A stretch of 64,000 bases of DNA from Bacteroidales bacterium (GTDB lineage Bacteria; Bacteroidota; Bacteroidia; Bacteroidales; UBA12077), in the NCBI GenBank assembly GCA_028282585.1, contig JANQHR010000034.1, forward strand, positions 18,068 to 82,067. Direction: 5' to 3'. Below are positions 46,606 to 56,416 of the stretch, piece after piece. The number at the start of each line of letters is the position of its first letter. The stretch's first letter is position 1. A program made the translations under genes and the position numbers. The notes beneath the pieces were generated by a model. That model saw only the letters and a list, made by a program, of their open reading frames with translations. It did no database searches and had not been told where the DNA came from.

Positions 46606-48309
46606 TTAATCATCTTCTAAAGTTGAAATGTCACCTATTTCTTCTCCCCATTCTTCGGCATGTAATACGCGTCTCATAATTTTTCCACTTCTTGTTTTTG
46701 GCAAAGAATCGCGATACTCAATTTCCTGCGGCATTGCTAATGGAGATAATTTCTTACGGATAAAGTTCATTATCTTTAGCTCCATATCATCATCAGCAAT
46801 AAATCCTGGTTTTAAAGTCACAAATGCTTTAACAACTTCCATATTTACATCGTCTGGTTTTGCAACAACCGCAGATTCGGCAACAGCTTCATGTTCTAAT
46901 AATGCAGATTCAACTTCAAAAGGACTCACCAAATGCCCTCCTGTGTTGATTACATCGTCGTCACGACCTATAAACCAATAATAACCATCATTATCAATAT
47001 ATGCACGATCTCCAGGTAAGTACCAGTTGTTTTCAAATTTTTTTTGATAAGTTTCTTCGTTTCTCCAATAAGTGCGCATCATAGCCGGCCACCCTGGTTT
47101 GAATCCTATTAACCCGGGTTTTCCCGTTTCATTTATAGGTTCGTATGTTTTAGTATCCAATACGGTTGCAGTAATACCGGGAAATGGTTTACCCATTGAT
47201 CCGGGCTTGATTTTCATTCCGGGATAATTGGTAAGCATCATAGAACCGGTTTCTGTTTGCCAGTAAGTGTCTAAGAAAGGTTTTTTAAATACTTTTTCCG
47301 ACCAAATCACTGCTTCGGCATTTAGTGGCTCTCCTACACTTGCCAGATGGCGCAATGATGAAAGGTCAAACTGTTTTATCAAATCTTCACCTGCTTTCAT
47401 TAATGATCGTATTGCAGTTGGAGCAGAATACCACATGGTAACTTTTCTTTTTTCTATGAATTTATACCAACTTTCTGCGGAAAAACCAGTATCTAAAACA
47501 CACTGAGTTATACCTAAGCTCCATGGTCCTATAATTCCATAAGATGTTCCCGTAACCCAGCCAGGGTCCGCAGTACACCAGTAAATATCATCATCCCGTA
47601 AATCTAAAACCCATTTAGTAGTTAAATATTGCGATATCAATGAATAATGCACATGTTTTACTCCCTTTGGTTGACCGGTTGTTCCAGAGGTATAATGTAA
47701 TACAGAATGCGATTCAGCCTTGGTTGGAGCAACCACAAAGTTTTCAACCTGTTCTGCTTCATCCATATTAAATGCAATTTCTCTTTCACGAAGAGGTTTG
47801 CTACCATCATAATCAACCAAGATAATATGTTTTAAATACGGCATTTTCTCTAATATTTTACGCACTTTCGAAACATGTTTACGTTGAGTAATAATGGCAG
47901 TGGTTTCAGCATTATCTAAACGCACATGTAACGATTCATCGCCAAATGCAGAAAACAAGGGTTGGGCTACAGCTCCTAATTTTAAAATTCCAAGAAAACC
48001 AATGTAAAGTTCAGGGATTTTATCCATGAATAAACATACGCGTTCACCGGTTTGAATTCCTAAATCTTTTAAAAACGAAGCAATTGTATTACTTCTTAAA
48101 CGAACATCATTAAAAGTGTACTGTTTTTCTTTTCCTCCCAGCCCCTCCCAAATTAAGGCCAGCTTATCAGCTTTTCCAAATTGACAAATCCTATCAGAAC
48201 AGTACCAACCAATGTTGATGTTGTCTCCATCTTTGTAGCCTAACTCCTTTTCGGCAATGGACCAATCGAAGTTTTTTAGGCGTTCTTCGTAAGAACCAAT
48301 GTTTGACAT
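46606..48309 (-). CDS. acsA: acetate--CoA ligase-like adenylating enzyme (AcsA type)
   Basis: HYTSGTTGQPKG, WCTADPGWVTG, SVGEPL, DTYWQTETG, PKTRSGKIMRR, GDISTLED. Confidence 0.88.
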   Translation of the reverse strand: MSNIGSYEERLKNFDWSIAEKELGYKDGDNINIGWYCSDRICQFGKADKLALIWEGLGGKEKQYTFNDVRLRSNTIASFLKDLGIQTGERVCLFMDKIPELYIGFLGILKLGAVAQPLFSAFGDESLHVRLDNAETTAIITQRKHVSKVRKILEKMPYLKHIILVDYDGSKPLREREIAFNMDEAEQVENFVVAPTKAESHSVLHYTSGTTGQPKGVKHVHYSLISQYLTTKWVLDLRDDDIYWCTADPGWVTGTSYGIIGPWSLGITQCVLDTGFSAESWYKFIEKRKVTMWYSAPTAIRSLMKAGEDLIKQFDLSSLRHLASVGEPLNAEAVIWSEKVFKKPFLDTYWQTETGSMMLTNYPGMKIKPGSMGKPFPGITATVLDTKTYEPINETGKPGLIGFKPGWPAMMRTYWRNEETYQKKFENNWYLPGDRAYIDNDGYYWFIGRDDDVINTGGHLVSPFEVESALLEHEAVAESAVVAKPDDVNMEVVKAFVTLKPGFIADDDMELKIMNFIRKKLSPLAMPQEIEYRDSLPKTRSGKIMRRVLHAEEWGEEIGDISTLEDD

Positions 48310-48391
48310 AGTAGTTTTAGTTTTTAGTCTGCCGCCTGCTTGTTCTTCTTTTTCTGATAGATCAGCAGACAGGGCAGGTAGTTTGTAATTT
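48310..48391 (-). repeat. leader motif + hairpin
   Basis: minus strand AATTACAAACTACCTGCC..GCAGGCGGCAGAC-TAAAAACTAAAACTACT-ATG. Confidence 0.7.
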
Positions 48392-48773
48392 ATGTTTGAT
48401 TGTCATTTATAATTATAAAAGCAATTGCTAAATTTTTTGTATGGCTTAAAGAAATATGAATTGAACCTCCTTTTAGGGTTTTAAGAGTTTCCTCCGCTTT
48501 TCCGGTTAGTTTTATTTCCGGTTTACCTAGTTCATTATTTATTATTTCAATTTCATTGAATCTTATGCCATTCCTCCAACCCGTACCAATAGCTTTTAAA
48601 AAAGCTTCTTTCGCCGCATATCTTGCAGCAAAATGTTCTTCTTTATTTTTAAATTGATTACAATATTTGATTTCTGCAATAGTGTAGATACCATCAATAA
48701 ATGATGGCTGTTGTTCAAGACGATTTTTCATTCGTTGAACTTCGAAGATATCAGTTCCAATACCTAATACCAA
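48390..48773 (-). CDS. acpS: holo-ACP synthase (phosphopantetheinyl transferase)
   Basis: GIGTDI, AARYAAKEAFLKAIGTG, GKP, ISLSHT; TTG start. Confidence 0.93.
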   Translation of the reverse strand: MVLGIGTDIFEVQRMKNRLEQQPSFIDGIYTIAEIKYCNQFKNKEEHFAARYAAKEAFLKAIGTGWRNGIRFNEIEIINNELGKPEIKLTGKAEETLKTLKGGSIHISLSHTKNLAIAFIIINDNQT

Positions 48774-48776
48774 TAT

Positions 48777-48834
48777 TGTAGTTTTTATCCTGTTTGTACC
48801 ACTTGTGGATAAACTAACAGGTAGTTTGTAATTT
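48777..48834 (-). repeat. leader motif + hairpin
   Basis: minus strand AAATTACAAACTACCTG..CAGG-ATAAAAACTAC. Confidence 0.65.
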
Positions 48835-49101
48835 CTATCAAAACCCTTTATTTGATAGAGTTAGTAAAATAAAATGTATTTTTCACATAATACATGTTTT
48901 AAAACATCCTCAGGCTTAATTTATTGAAGAGTACAAACTATAAGCTTTTCAAGATTCTGTTAATTGATTAACAGTTTATTTAAAATGATTTTATAAAAGC
49001 ACTTTATTCAAATGAGTCGGAATTTTATTTTTATTTATATTCAGTAATTCAGCATGATAAGGATTAAGGTTAAAAAAAAGTACATTTTTTTCTGAGAAGT
49101 G

Positions 49102-49132
49102 TTTGTTTATTAATAAAAAGCTTTTATTTTTG
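49102..49132 (+). promoter_or_regulatory. Bacteroidota sigma70 promoter for tRNA-Asn
   Basis: TTTG-N19-TATTTTTG. Confidence 0.7.
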
Positions 49133-49163
49133 CCACGCAAAACACAAATAGTGTTAAAAAAAT

Positions 49164-49237
49164 TCCTCAGTAGCTCAGTTGGTTAGAGCACCTGACTGTT
49201 AATCAGGGAGTCGTAGGTTCAAGTCCTACCTGGGGAG
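49164..49237 (+). tRNA. tRNA-Asn (GTT)
   Basis: acceptor TCCTCAG/CTGGGGA, anticodon arm CCTGA-CTGTTAA-TCAGG, GGTTCAAGTCC. Confidence 0.97.
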
Positions 49238-49244
49238 CAAAAGA

Positions 49245-49284
49245 AAAGGCTACCTAATTTTCATTGAGTAGCCTTATTTTTTTA
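49245..49284 (+). terminator. terminator after tRNA-Asn
   Basis: AAGGCTAC..GTAGCCTT followed by T-run. Confidence 0.65.
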
Positions 49285-49314
49285 TGAAAAGCCTTAATTT
49301 AAAATTAGTTATAA

Positions 49315-49758
49315 TTAAAAATCATATGGGTAATGATCATACGTTGTGAGATAACCAGTTAAATCTTTAACAGAATGTAAAGAGTAATAATTACCATCTC
49401 CCATTGGATCTTCGCTTTCTCCTTCAACCATAATTATTAGGTTATCACCACTAAATGTAAAACCATGTGAACGGCTTATTGGTTCCGACATTAAATTTTG
49501 TATCGTATAGCCAGTTATACTATAGGAATAATGATCAAGCATACTAAACCTAACAACTTTATAGATTTTCAATCTTATTGTAACTGCAAAATACTGATTA
49601 CTAGCTTCGACAATTACATTATCATAGAAAGAATAATTACTTGAACCACCTGGGAATTCTTTTGGTGGATAAGGTTCAACCGGGTTTGCAAATACATTTT
49701 GACATGTCAAAACGAATAAAATACTTAATAATACCAAAACTTTTTTTTTCATAATCAA
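49315..49758 (-). CDS. hypothetical exported protein
   Basis: MKKKVLVLLSILFVLTCQNVFA signal peptide; no recognisable domain. Confidence 0.65.
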   Translation of the reverse strand: MIMKKKVLVLLSILFVLTCQNVFANPVEPYPPKEFPGGSSNYSFYDNVIVEASNQYFAVTIRLKIYKVVRFSMLDHYSYSITGYTIQNLMSEPISRSHGFTFSGDNLIIMVEGESEDPMGDGNYYSLHSVKDLTGYLTTYDHYPYDF

Positions 49759-49990
49759 TGATTTAAATTAATAATTTTCTGATCAGCAAGAAGCAATTTA
49801 CCAACCAGATAATAGTACAATAAAATAAAGAATTATAATAACAAGGCTTCTATAAAACAACATGAATATAGCATTTTTTATCTTTTTTTCCAAGCACATA
49901 TAAAATAAATCTGTCAGCCTTTTTTATTTCCGTCATTGTAATTCATTCCTAATTTCATTAAATTTCAGCTTCATCAAAATATGAAGCAAA

Positions 49991-51640
49991 ATGAAAAGAT
50001 TCATACTGCTCCTTTGTATCGTAAGTATTCTTTTAACAAGTTGTAATAAGCCAAAGGAAATAAATAAAAAAGATCTTAGATCTGCGGAAAAAATAGTTGG
50101 ATTAGAATATTCTAAAACGGAAAGAGACTCATTGTTAGATGGACTGAATGTCGCTTTGGAAGATTATGAAAACAACAGAAAAGTTAAACTTGAAAACAGT
50201 ACTTCACCAAAAATACTCTTTGATCCAAGACCTATTAACTACATAAATAACGAAAAGCAAATCGAAATTAAATGGAATTTTCCTACTGATGTTGAATTAC
50301 CAGAAAATAAAGATGAATTGGCATTTTATCCTATTTCGGAACTTGCTACTTTAATAAAACAAAAAAAGATAACATCTCTGGAACTTACAGAATTGTTCAT
50401 TAATAGATTAAAAAAGTATGGAGATACGTTAGAATGTGTGGTAACAATTACAGAAGAGTTAGCTTTGAAGCAAGCACAAAAAGCTGATGAAGAAATAGCT
50501 AAAGGAATTTATAGAGGGCCTTTACATGGAATTCCATATGGAGTTAAAGATTTATTTGCCGTAGCCGGATATAAAACCACCTGGGGTGCTGCTCCATTTA
50601 AGGATCAAACGGTTGAATATACAGCTGAAGTTGTAAAAAGGCTTGAAAGAGCTGGTGGCATTTTAGTCGCAAAACTAACTCTTGGTGCATTAGCAATGGG
50701 TGATGTTTGGTATGATGGAGTAACTAAAAGCCCATGGGATTTAAATCAGGGATCAAGTGGCTCGAGTGCTGGTTCAGCATCGGCAACAGCAGCTGGTCTT
50801 GTTCCATTTGCCATTGGGACTGAAACCTGGGGATCAATCATTTCCCCTTCCACCAGGTGTGGTGTAACAGGTTTGCGTCCAACATTTGGTCGGGTTAGCA
50901 GAGATGGAGCTATGGCGTTAAGCTGGACCATGGATAAGATAGGACCAATTTGTAGAAGTGCTAATGATTGCGCACTAGTTTTTGATGTTATAAGAGGAAA
51001 AGATACAAAAGATCCGACAACAACCGATTATCCCTTTAATTATAATCAAAGTATAGAGTTGAGTGATCTGAAAGTAGGCTATTTAAAGGGTTTATTTAAT
51101 AGGAAAGATTATAGGGGGAAACAGAATGATTCTATTTCAATAAAGGTTTTAAAATCATTGGGAATAGAGTTGCAGGAAGTAAGTTTACCTGATAATATTG
51201 ATGTATACCCCTTAGCAATTATTTTAGAGGCGGAAGCTGGTGCCGCTTTTGACGAGTTAACAAGAAGCAATAAAGATGATAAATTGGTTGCTCAGCATAA
51301 GTATGCCTGGCCAAATATCTTCAGAGAATCAAGATTTATTCCAGCAGTTGAGTATATTCAAGCAAATAGAATAAGAAATATTTTAATTGAAGATTTTCAT
51401 AAATTAATTAAAGATTTTGACGTTATTATTTGTCCCACTTATGGAGGAGGACAATTGCTTATGACTAATCTAACTGGTCATCCTTGTGTAGTTGTTCCAA
51501 ATGGTTTTGATGAAAAGAATCACCCAACCAGTATAAGTTTTATTGGTAATTTATACGATGAGGCAACAATATTAGCATTTGCTAAAAAGTATCAGGAGAA
51601 TACCGATTTTGAGGAATTACATCCGGATTTGTTTAAATAA
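49991..51640 (+). CDS. amidase signature family lipoprotein
   Basis: LLTSC lipobox; GVKDL, GSSGSSAGSA, GTETWGSIISPS. Confidence 0.92.
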   Translation: MKRFILLLCIVSILLTSCNKPKEINKKDLRSAEKIVGLEYSKTERDSLLDGLNVALEDYENNRKVKLENSTSPKILFDPRPINYINNEKQIEIKWNFPTDVELPENKDELAFYPISELATLIKQKKITSLELTELFINRLKKYGDTLECVVTITEELALKQAQKADEEIAKGIYRGPLHGIPYGVKDLFAVAGYKTTWGAAPFKDQTVEYTAEVVKRLERAGGILVAKLTLGALAMGDVWYDGVTKSPWDLNQGSSGSSAGSASATAAGLVPFAIGTETWGSIISPSTRCGVTGLRPTFGRVSRDGAMALSWTMDKIGPICRSANDCALVFDVIRGKDTKDPTTTDYPFNYNQSIELSDLKVGYLKGLFNRKDYRGKQNDSISIKVLKSLGIELQEVSLPDNIDVYPLAIILEAEAGAAFDELTRSNKDDKLVAQHKYAWPNIFRESRFIPAVEYIQANRIRNILIEDFHKLIKDFDVIICPTYGGGQLLMTNLTGHPCVVVPNGFDEKNHPTSISFIGNLYDEATILAFAKKYQENTDFEELHPDLFK

Positions 51641-51673
51641 AAAAACTCCCGATATTAGGAGGTTTATAATTTT

Positions 51674-52060
51674 TTAATAATCTTCAATTATTCTAAATTC
51701 AAAAGGAATTTTGATCATTTCTGAATATTCCATTCCGGTTTCTCTCATATCATCATCTTCTTCAAGATAGTTCCAAATAACCGTAACTTTTTTTTCACTA
51801 TTTTCCACAATTTTTTCGAGTAAATAGAAAATTTCCAATAACATAGTTGCCGTTGCAGAATTGTAATATTCTAATCGAAATTCAAATCTGGTTTCGTTAT
51901 TTGGATTTTTAATGTATTCTTCTACCCATATTAGAACCGGATCAAAAAAACGTCGGACTTCTTCAGGAAATGATTTACCAAAAACTAAAAATTTACCTAA
52001 ATTTTTATCAAGATTTATTCCAGGAGATTCGTCAGTTGCAGCTATCGTTAACGGTTCCAT
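51674..52060 (-). CDS. SiaC family (DUF1987) regulatory phosphoprotein
   Basis: GKSFPE..FFDPVLIW..LEYYNSAT..WNY..DDDMRETG. Confidence 0.88.
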   Translation of the reverse strand: MEPLTIAATDESPGINLDKNLGKFLVFGKSFPEEVRRFFDPVLIWVEEYIKNPNNETRFEFRLEYYNSATATMLLEIFYLLEKIVENSEKKVTVIWNYLEEDDDMRETGMEYSEMIKIPFEFRIIEDY

Positions 52061-52076
52061 ATTTTTAAACTTTACA

Positions 52077-52466
52077 TTAAAAATCTGCTTCTTCTAAAGC
52101 ATGATATTCGAAAGGTAAGCTTACTAATTCGGCATATTCTTCTCCTGCATCTAACATATCTTCATCAATTTCCAAATAATTCCAAGAAATGATAACTTGT
52201 TTACCCGTTTTATGAATATTATCAAGAAGGTTTAACATCTCTAAAATTATTAGTGATGATGAAGAATTAAAATATTCCATTTTGAATTCAAAAAGAGTTT
52301 CTTCTTTAGGATCTTGAGCATAATTTTCGAGCCATTCCAAAACAGGGGCATAAAATGACCTGCTTTCTTCCGGGAATGATTTTCCCTTCATTTCAAATTT
52401 ACCGGAATTTTTATCCAGGTAAATTTGGGGAGTCGAATCCGTTTTATCGATTTTTAATTCTGTCAT
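52077..52466 (-). CDS. SiaC family (DUF1987) regulatory phosphoprotein
   Basis: TP..GKSFPE..FYAPVLEW..EYFNSSSS..WNY..DEDMLDAGEEY. Confidence 0.9.
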   Translation of the reverse strand: MTELKIDKTDSTPQIYLDKNSGKFEMKGKSFPEESRSFYAPVLEWLENYAQDPKEETLFEFKMEYFNSSSSLIILEMLNLLDNIHKTGKQVIISWNYLEIDEDMLDAGEEYAELVSLPFEYHALEEADF

Positions 52467-52469
52467 AAC

Positions 52470-54677
52470 TTATGCTTTTAAATAAGAATCTAATTTAGAC
52501 AAAAAAAGTTTAAGCTTAATAGGTTTTAGTATAAAATCGTCGCAGCCAACCTCTGCGGAACGTTCTTTAGCATCTTGCAGGCTTAATGCTGTTTGTGCTA
52601 TAATCGGTACATCTTGGTTAAATTCTTTTATTCTCTTTGTTGTTTCAAATCCATCTAATTTAGGCATATTAACATCCATCAAAATTAAATCAATTTGAGG
52701 GTTTTTATTAAAAACTTCAATTGCTTCCTCACCATCCTTAGCTCTAATTACATTTACTCTTGTTTGCTTTAGTGCTTCCACCAAAAAAAGATAATTCATT
52801 TCGGTATCTTCTGCTATAAGAATAGTTTTACTACTCCAGTCATAAGCATCCTTCTTTTCTAGTGATTTAGATACCTCTAATTTAATACCAATTACAAGTA
52901 TATCATCTAATTGTATATTACTACCTTTCCAGTCTTCAAACGTTCTATCAAGAATTTCTTTTTGATTTTTCATAGGTTTTTCATGTATATCAAGTAGCAA
53001 TTCTTGAAAGTTTTTCGACATGAACTTACGGTTTTTACTTCCTCCAATTTGGTCATAAAATCCATCGGAAAACATATAAATGATATCATTTTCTATATAA
53101 TCAAACTCGTGATTAGTAAAAGATTTATACACATTTCGGTGAATGCTAACCGGCATTCGATCAGCTTTAATAACTTCTAATTTTTTATTTTTAATAATAT
53201 ATAATGGATTATGAGCTCCGGAAAACTGAACTTTCTGTTTTTCCGAATCAATAATACATAATGCCATATCAATTCCATCTTTAGACTCTGTATCTTCTCC
53301 GGTTTGATGTAACGAGTCGATTATATAATTTCTAAGTTGATTTAATATTTCATTTGCCTGCAAAGAATAAATGTGCTTGTTTTCAATAATTTTAGTAACA
53401 ATTTCGTTCAAGAATGCTGTCCCCAGCATACTCATAAAAGCACCTGGTACTCCGTGCCCGGTACAATCTGCCGCTGCAATGATGATTTTGCCATCTTTAT
53501 TCATCATCCAGTAAAAATCACCACTAACAATATCTCTTGGTTTAAATAAAATGAAGTGTTCAGGGAGATTTCTTTTTATAAAATTAAGAGGAGGCAAAAG
53601 GGCATTTTGAATTCGTTTAGCATATTCAATACTGTCGGTAATGTCCTTTTTTTGTTGATGAGCCAAATCCCTTTGTTTTTCAATTTCTTCTTTTTGCTTC
53701 TTTATTTGAATATTTTGAGATTCTAGTAACAAATTAGCTTTCTTTTTTGCCCTGTATTGTCTTAAAACCAAAATTGAGAAAATTAGAATCAATAAAAAGA
53801 TAGAAGATGCACTTAATATTATTATCTTTTTATTTCTCTTTTCCGCCTGAATGGTTATTTCTTTTAACTCAAGTTCCAATTGCTGTTTTTGTTTAATGGC
53901 TTCGGTTTGTTCCAGGGTTTTTTGAGTTTCTTCAAGCTGATTCGTCGTTTCAGACAAAGTTTGTTCTGTTCTTATTTTTTCGTTCTGTGCTTGCTGAACT
54001 TTTTCTTTTGATTTTTCCTCAATTTCCTTAATTTCTTCAGATTTGATATGCTTATCTAAGGAAGCAAATTGTTCAAAATACTTCATAGTATTTTCAGAAT
54101 CACCTAATAATTCATAATTCTCTGCAAGCATTCCATAACATGTTCGTACTAATTTTAAATTATTGAATTCCTGAGCGAAGGTAAGAGCTTCGTTTATATG
54201 ATTTATAGCTTCCTGATATCGAGATAGGTTTTTTAATGCCGTGGCCTTATTCATTAAACCGGTATAAATACCATCCTTCTGATTTAAATCCCTGGCAATT
54301 TGAAGGCCTTTATCAAAATTGATTAATGCATTTTGGTAATCTTCTTTATCAGAGTGAATTAAGCCAATATTATAATGTAAAGATTTTACTCCATTTTGAT
54401 TATTACTGGTGGTATTTATCTCTAATGACTGGTTAAAGTAATCAACAGCATCATCGTAAAACTCATTTTCCCAATATAGATACGCAATCTCGTTAAGAGT
54501 TTTGGCATGAAGAATAGAATTATTTTCGTTTTTATACTTTTCTGCATTATCCTTTAAATCACTTATCTTATTTGTTGTTTGTAAATCAAGACTTTGCCCA
54601 AATACAGATAAATGAACAAATAAAACAGAAATAGTAAATATTGTAAATATCCTTTTACACATGTAAAGGTTTTCCAT
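52470..54677 (-). CDS. TPR - TM - SpoIIE/PP2C phosphatase - receiver domain protein
   Basis: TPR-like helices, one TM, DSIEYAKRIQ, VSGDFY, ADCTGHGVPGA, FSDGF, DDILVIG; REC ILIAED..ILMDVNMPKLDG..KP. Confidence 0.92.
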   Translation of the reverse strand: MENLYMCKRIFTIFTISVLFVHLSVFGQSLDLQTTNKISDLKDNAEKYKNENNSILHAKTLNEIAYLYWENEFYDDAVDYFNQSLEINTTSNNQNGVKSLHYNIGLIHSDKEDYQNALINFDKGLQIARDLNQKDGIYTGLMNKATALKNLSRYQEAINHINEALTFAQEFNNLKLVRTCYGMLAENYELLGDSENTMKYFEQFASLDKHIKSEEIKEIEEKSKEKVQQAQNEKIRTEQTLSETTNQLEETQKTLEQTEAIKQKQQLELELKEITIQAEKRNKKIIILSASSIFLLILIFSILVLRQYRAKKKANLLLESQNIQIKKQKEEIEKQRDLAHQQKKDITDSIEYAKRIQNALLPPLNFIKRNLPEHFILFKPRDIVSGDFYWMMNKDGKIIIAAADCTGHGVPGAFMSMLGTAFLNEIVTKIIENKHIYSLQANEILNQLRNYIIDSLHQTGEDTESKDGIDMALCIIDSEKQKVQFSGAHNPLYIIKNKKLEVIKADRMPVSIHRNVYKSFTNHEFDYIENDIIYMFSDGFYDQIGGSKNRKFMSKNFQELLLDIHEKPMKNQKEILDRTFEDWKGSNIQLDDILVIGIKLEVSKSLEKKDAYDWSSKTILIAEDTEMNYLFLVEALKQTRVNVIRAKDGEEAIEVFNKNPQIDLILMDVNMPKLDGFETTKRIKEFNQDVPIIAQTALSLQDAKERSAEVGCDDFILKPIKLKLFLSKLDSYLKA

Positions 54678-54679
54678 GA

Positions 54680-56416
54680 TTACTCAATAAAAAAATCTAT
54701 GGTTTTCTGACCTTTATTACCAAGTTTATCTATTGCGGTAACATTTATAGTATATATTTTTTCTTTCTGAAACCCCTTAATCAAACTATTATATGGTCTG
54801 CTTGCTGAACCATTAATAGAATACAGCATATTATCAAACCCCACTGAAGTGTCGGTTGAGGATAAAAATAAGACTACATGATTTGGATATACGTCATAAT
54901 TTTTTCCTTTAATATTTCGTTTCTTATCAGAAATAATGCTAAATCGAAAAAAGATTTCAGGACCGGTATCATCTTCAACACAAATAAAAGTATTAGTACT
55001 TGAGTTATCAACATTATCATAACCAGTGTAAGTTACCGAATGCGTGCCTTCCTGGTCAATGCTGAACGGTTCTGAGTAGTCTTTGATTTCATTGTTATCA
55101 ATACTATATTCCATTCTTTTATAGCCCGAGGCATCATCTTTGGCTGCTAAAATAATTTTAGTTTCAGAAGTTATGAAAGCAGTATCTTTTGAAATAAAAT
55201 TTGCACCCTGGAAGCGATGACCTAATGTTGGACCCGACAAATCAACGTAAGAAATATTTGACTTGTTAGTCATTATAGTATTTATTGTTTGATTGTTTAC
55301 ATTATCTGTAACAAATGTTTTTATTTTAAGTTTACCTGATTTTGAAAGATAAAATGGTTTGGAATATTCGATAAAATCACCATTATTTATTGAGTACATT
55401 ATTTGCTGTACACCTGCTTTATTGTCCATGGCAGTTAGTTTTACCCTACTGCGGCCCGAAGAATATTCGCGTCCATTTGCAATGAACGTGTTACCGATTA
55501 ATTCATCCACAATCATCGGAGCTGTTTTATCTAAATAAAACTTATATTCCTTTTTTATTTCCTCATTTCCTGCATTGTCAATAGAATAATATGTAATTGT
55601 ATGTTCTCCCTCTTTCAGTCCTGAAATTATTATCGGATTGCGATAGTTATAAAACGTTCCCCCGTTTATAGAAAATACCGTTTTTTTAACTTTTGAATTT
55701 TCATCGGATGGATCAAGTTTGATTTTTGATCGAGGAGAGACAATATTATTATAAAGATCAGGCTCAACCGTTAAATTTGTCGTTGGTTTAGTTAAATCAA
55801 GTTTTATATAAATTAACTTAGGGATTTCTGCATTTCCAACATTATCTACAGAATAGAATTTTATTTTATATATTTTCTCCTGATTTAATTCAATTCCTTC
55901 AGTAAGCTTTTTATAGGGTTGCCCGTCAATTGAAACATAGGTACTCTCTAAGCCGGAAGTTGCATCATAGGTAGAAAATGAAACAGCTATTTTTTCTCCG
56001 AAATAATAAACGGAATCATTTTTATAATATTTTTTATTTTGAAAGTCAAATTTACTGGCAGGTGCTTTACTATCGGCATATATCTCAAAAATTACATCTG
56101 AAATAGGGTAAATTACTTTTTTTGTTGTTGTGTCCACTTTCGAAGGAGATCTAAAAGTATTGTATCCTTCTGTATCCAAAAACATCGGATTGGCATATTT
56201 TTTTGAGTCTTCACTAGGTACTAATAAGTGAGATTCAGAATCTACCTGATCAGAAGTTCCTACTCTAAAAAACAATGGTAAGTCTTTATTAGTATAGAGT
56301 TTACCATCTTCAGATCTATACATCTTTTTTTTGTGCGTTAAGGGTTCTTGAGAATGAACAATTGAAACAATAAGAAATAAGATTAATGTAGATAAAATAA
56401 TTTTTGATGATCTCAT
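54680..56416 (-). CDS. exported protein with repeated OmpL47-type Ig-like domains
   Basis: signal peptide; repeated (F/Y)YS(V/I)DN(V/A)GN(A/E)E, D..SG, DKTAP. Confidence 0.8.
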   Translation of the reverse strand: MRSSKIILSTLILFLIVSIVHSQEPLTHKKKMYRSEDGKLYTNKDLPLFFRVGTSDQVDSESHLLVPSEDSKKYANPMFLDTEGYNTFRSPSKVDTTTKKVIYPISDVIFEIYADSKAPASKFDFQNKKYYKNDSVYYFGEKIAVSFSTYDATSGLESTYVSIDGQPYKKLTEGIELNQEKIYKIKFYSVDNVGNAEIPKLIYIKLDLTKPTTNLTVEPDLYNNIVSPRSKIKLDPSDENSKVKKTVFSINGGTFYNYRNPIIISGLKEGEHTITYYSIDNAGNEEIKKEYKFYLDKTAPMIVDELIGNTFIANGREYSSGRSRVKLTAMDNKAGVQQIMYSINNGDFIEYSKPFYLSKSGKLKIKTFVTDNVNNQTINTIMTNKSNISYVDLSGPTLGHRFQGANFISKDTAFITSETKIILAAKDDASGYKRMEYSIDNNEIKDYSEPFSIDQEGTHSVTYTGYDNVDNSSTNTFICVEDDTGPEIFFRFSIISDKKRNIKGKNYDVYPNHVVLFLSSTDTSVGFDNMLYSINGSASRPYNSLIKGFQKEKIYTINVTAIDKLGNKGQKTIDFFIE

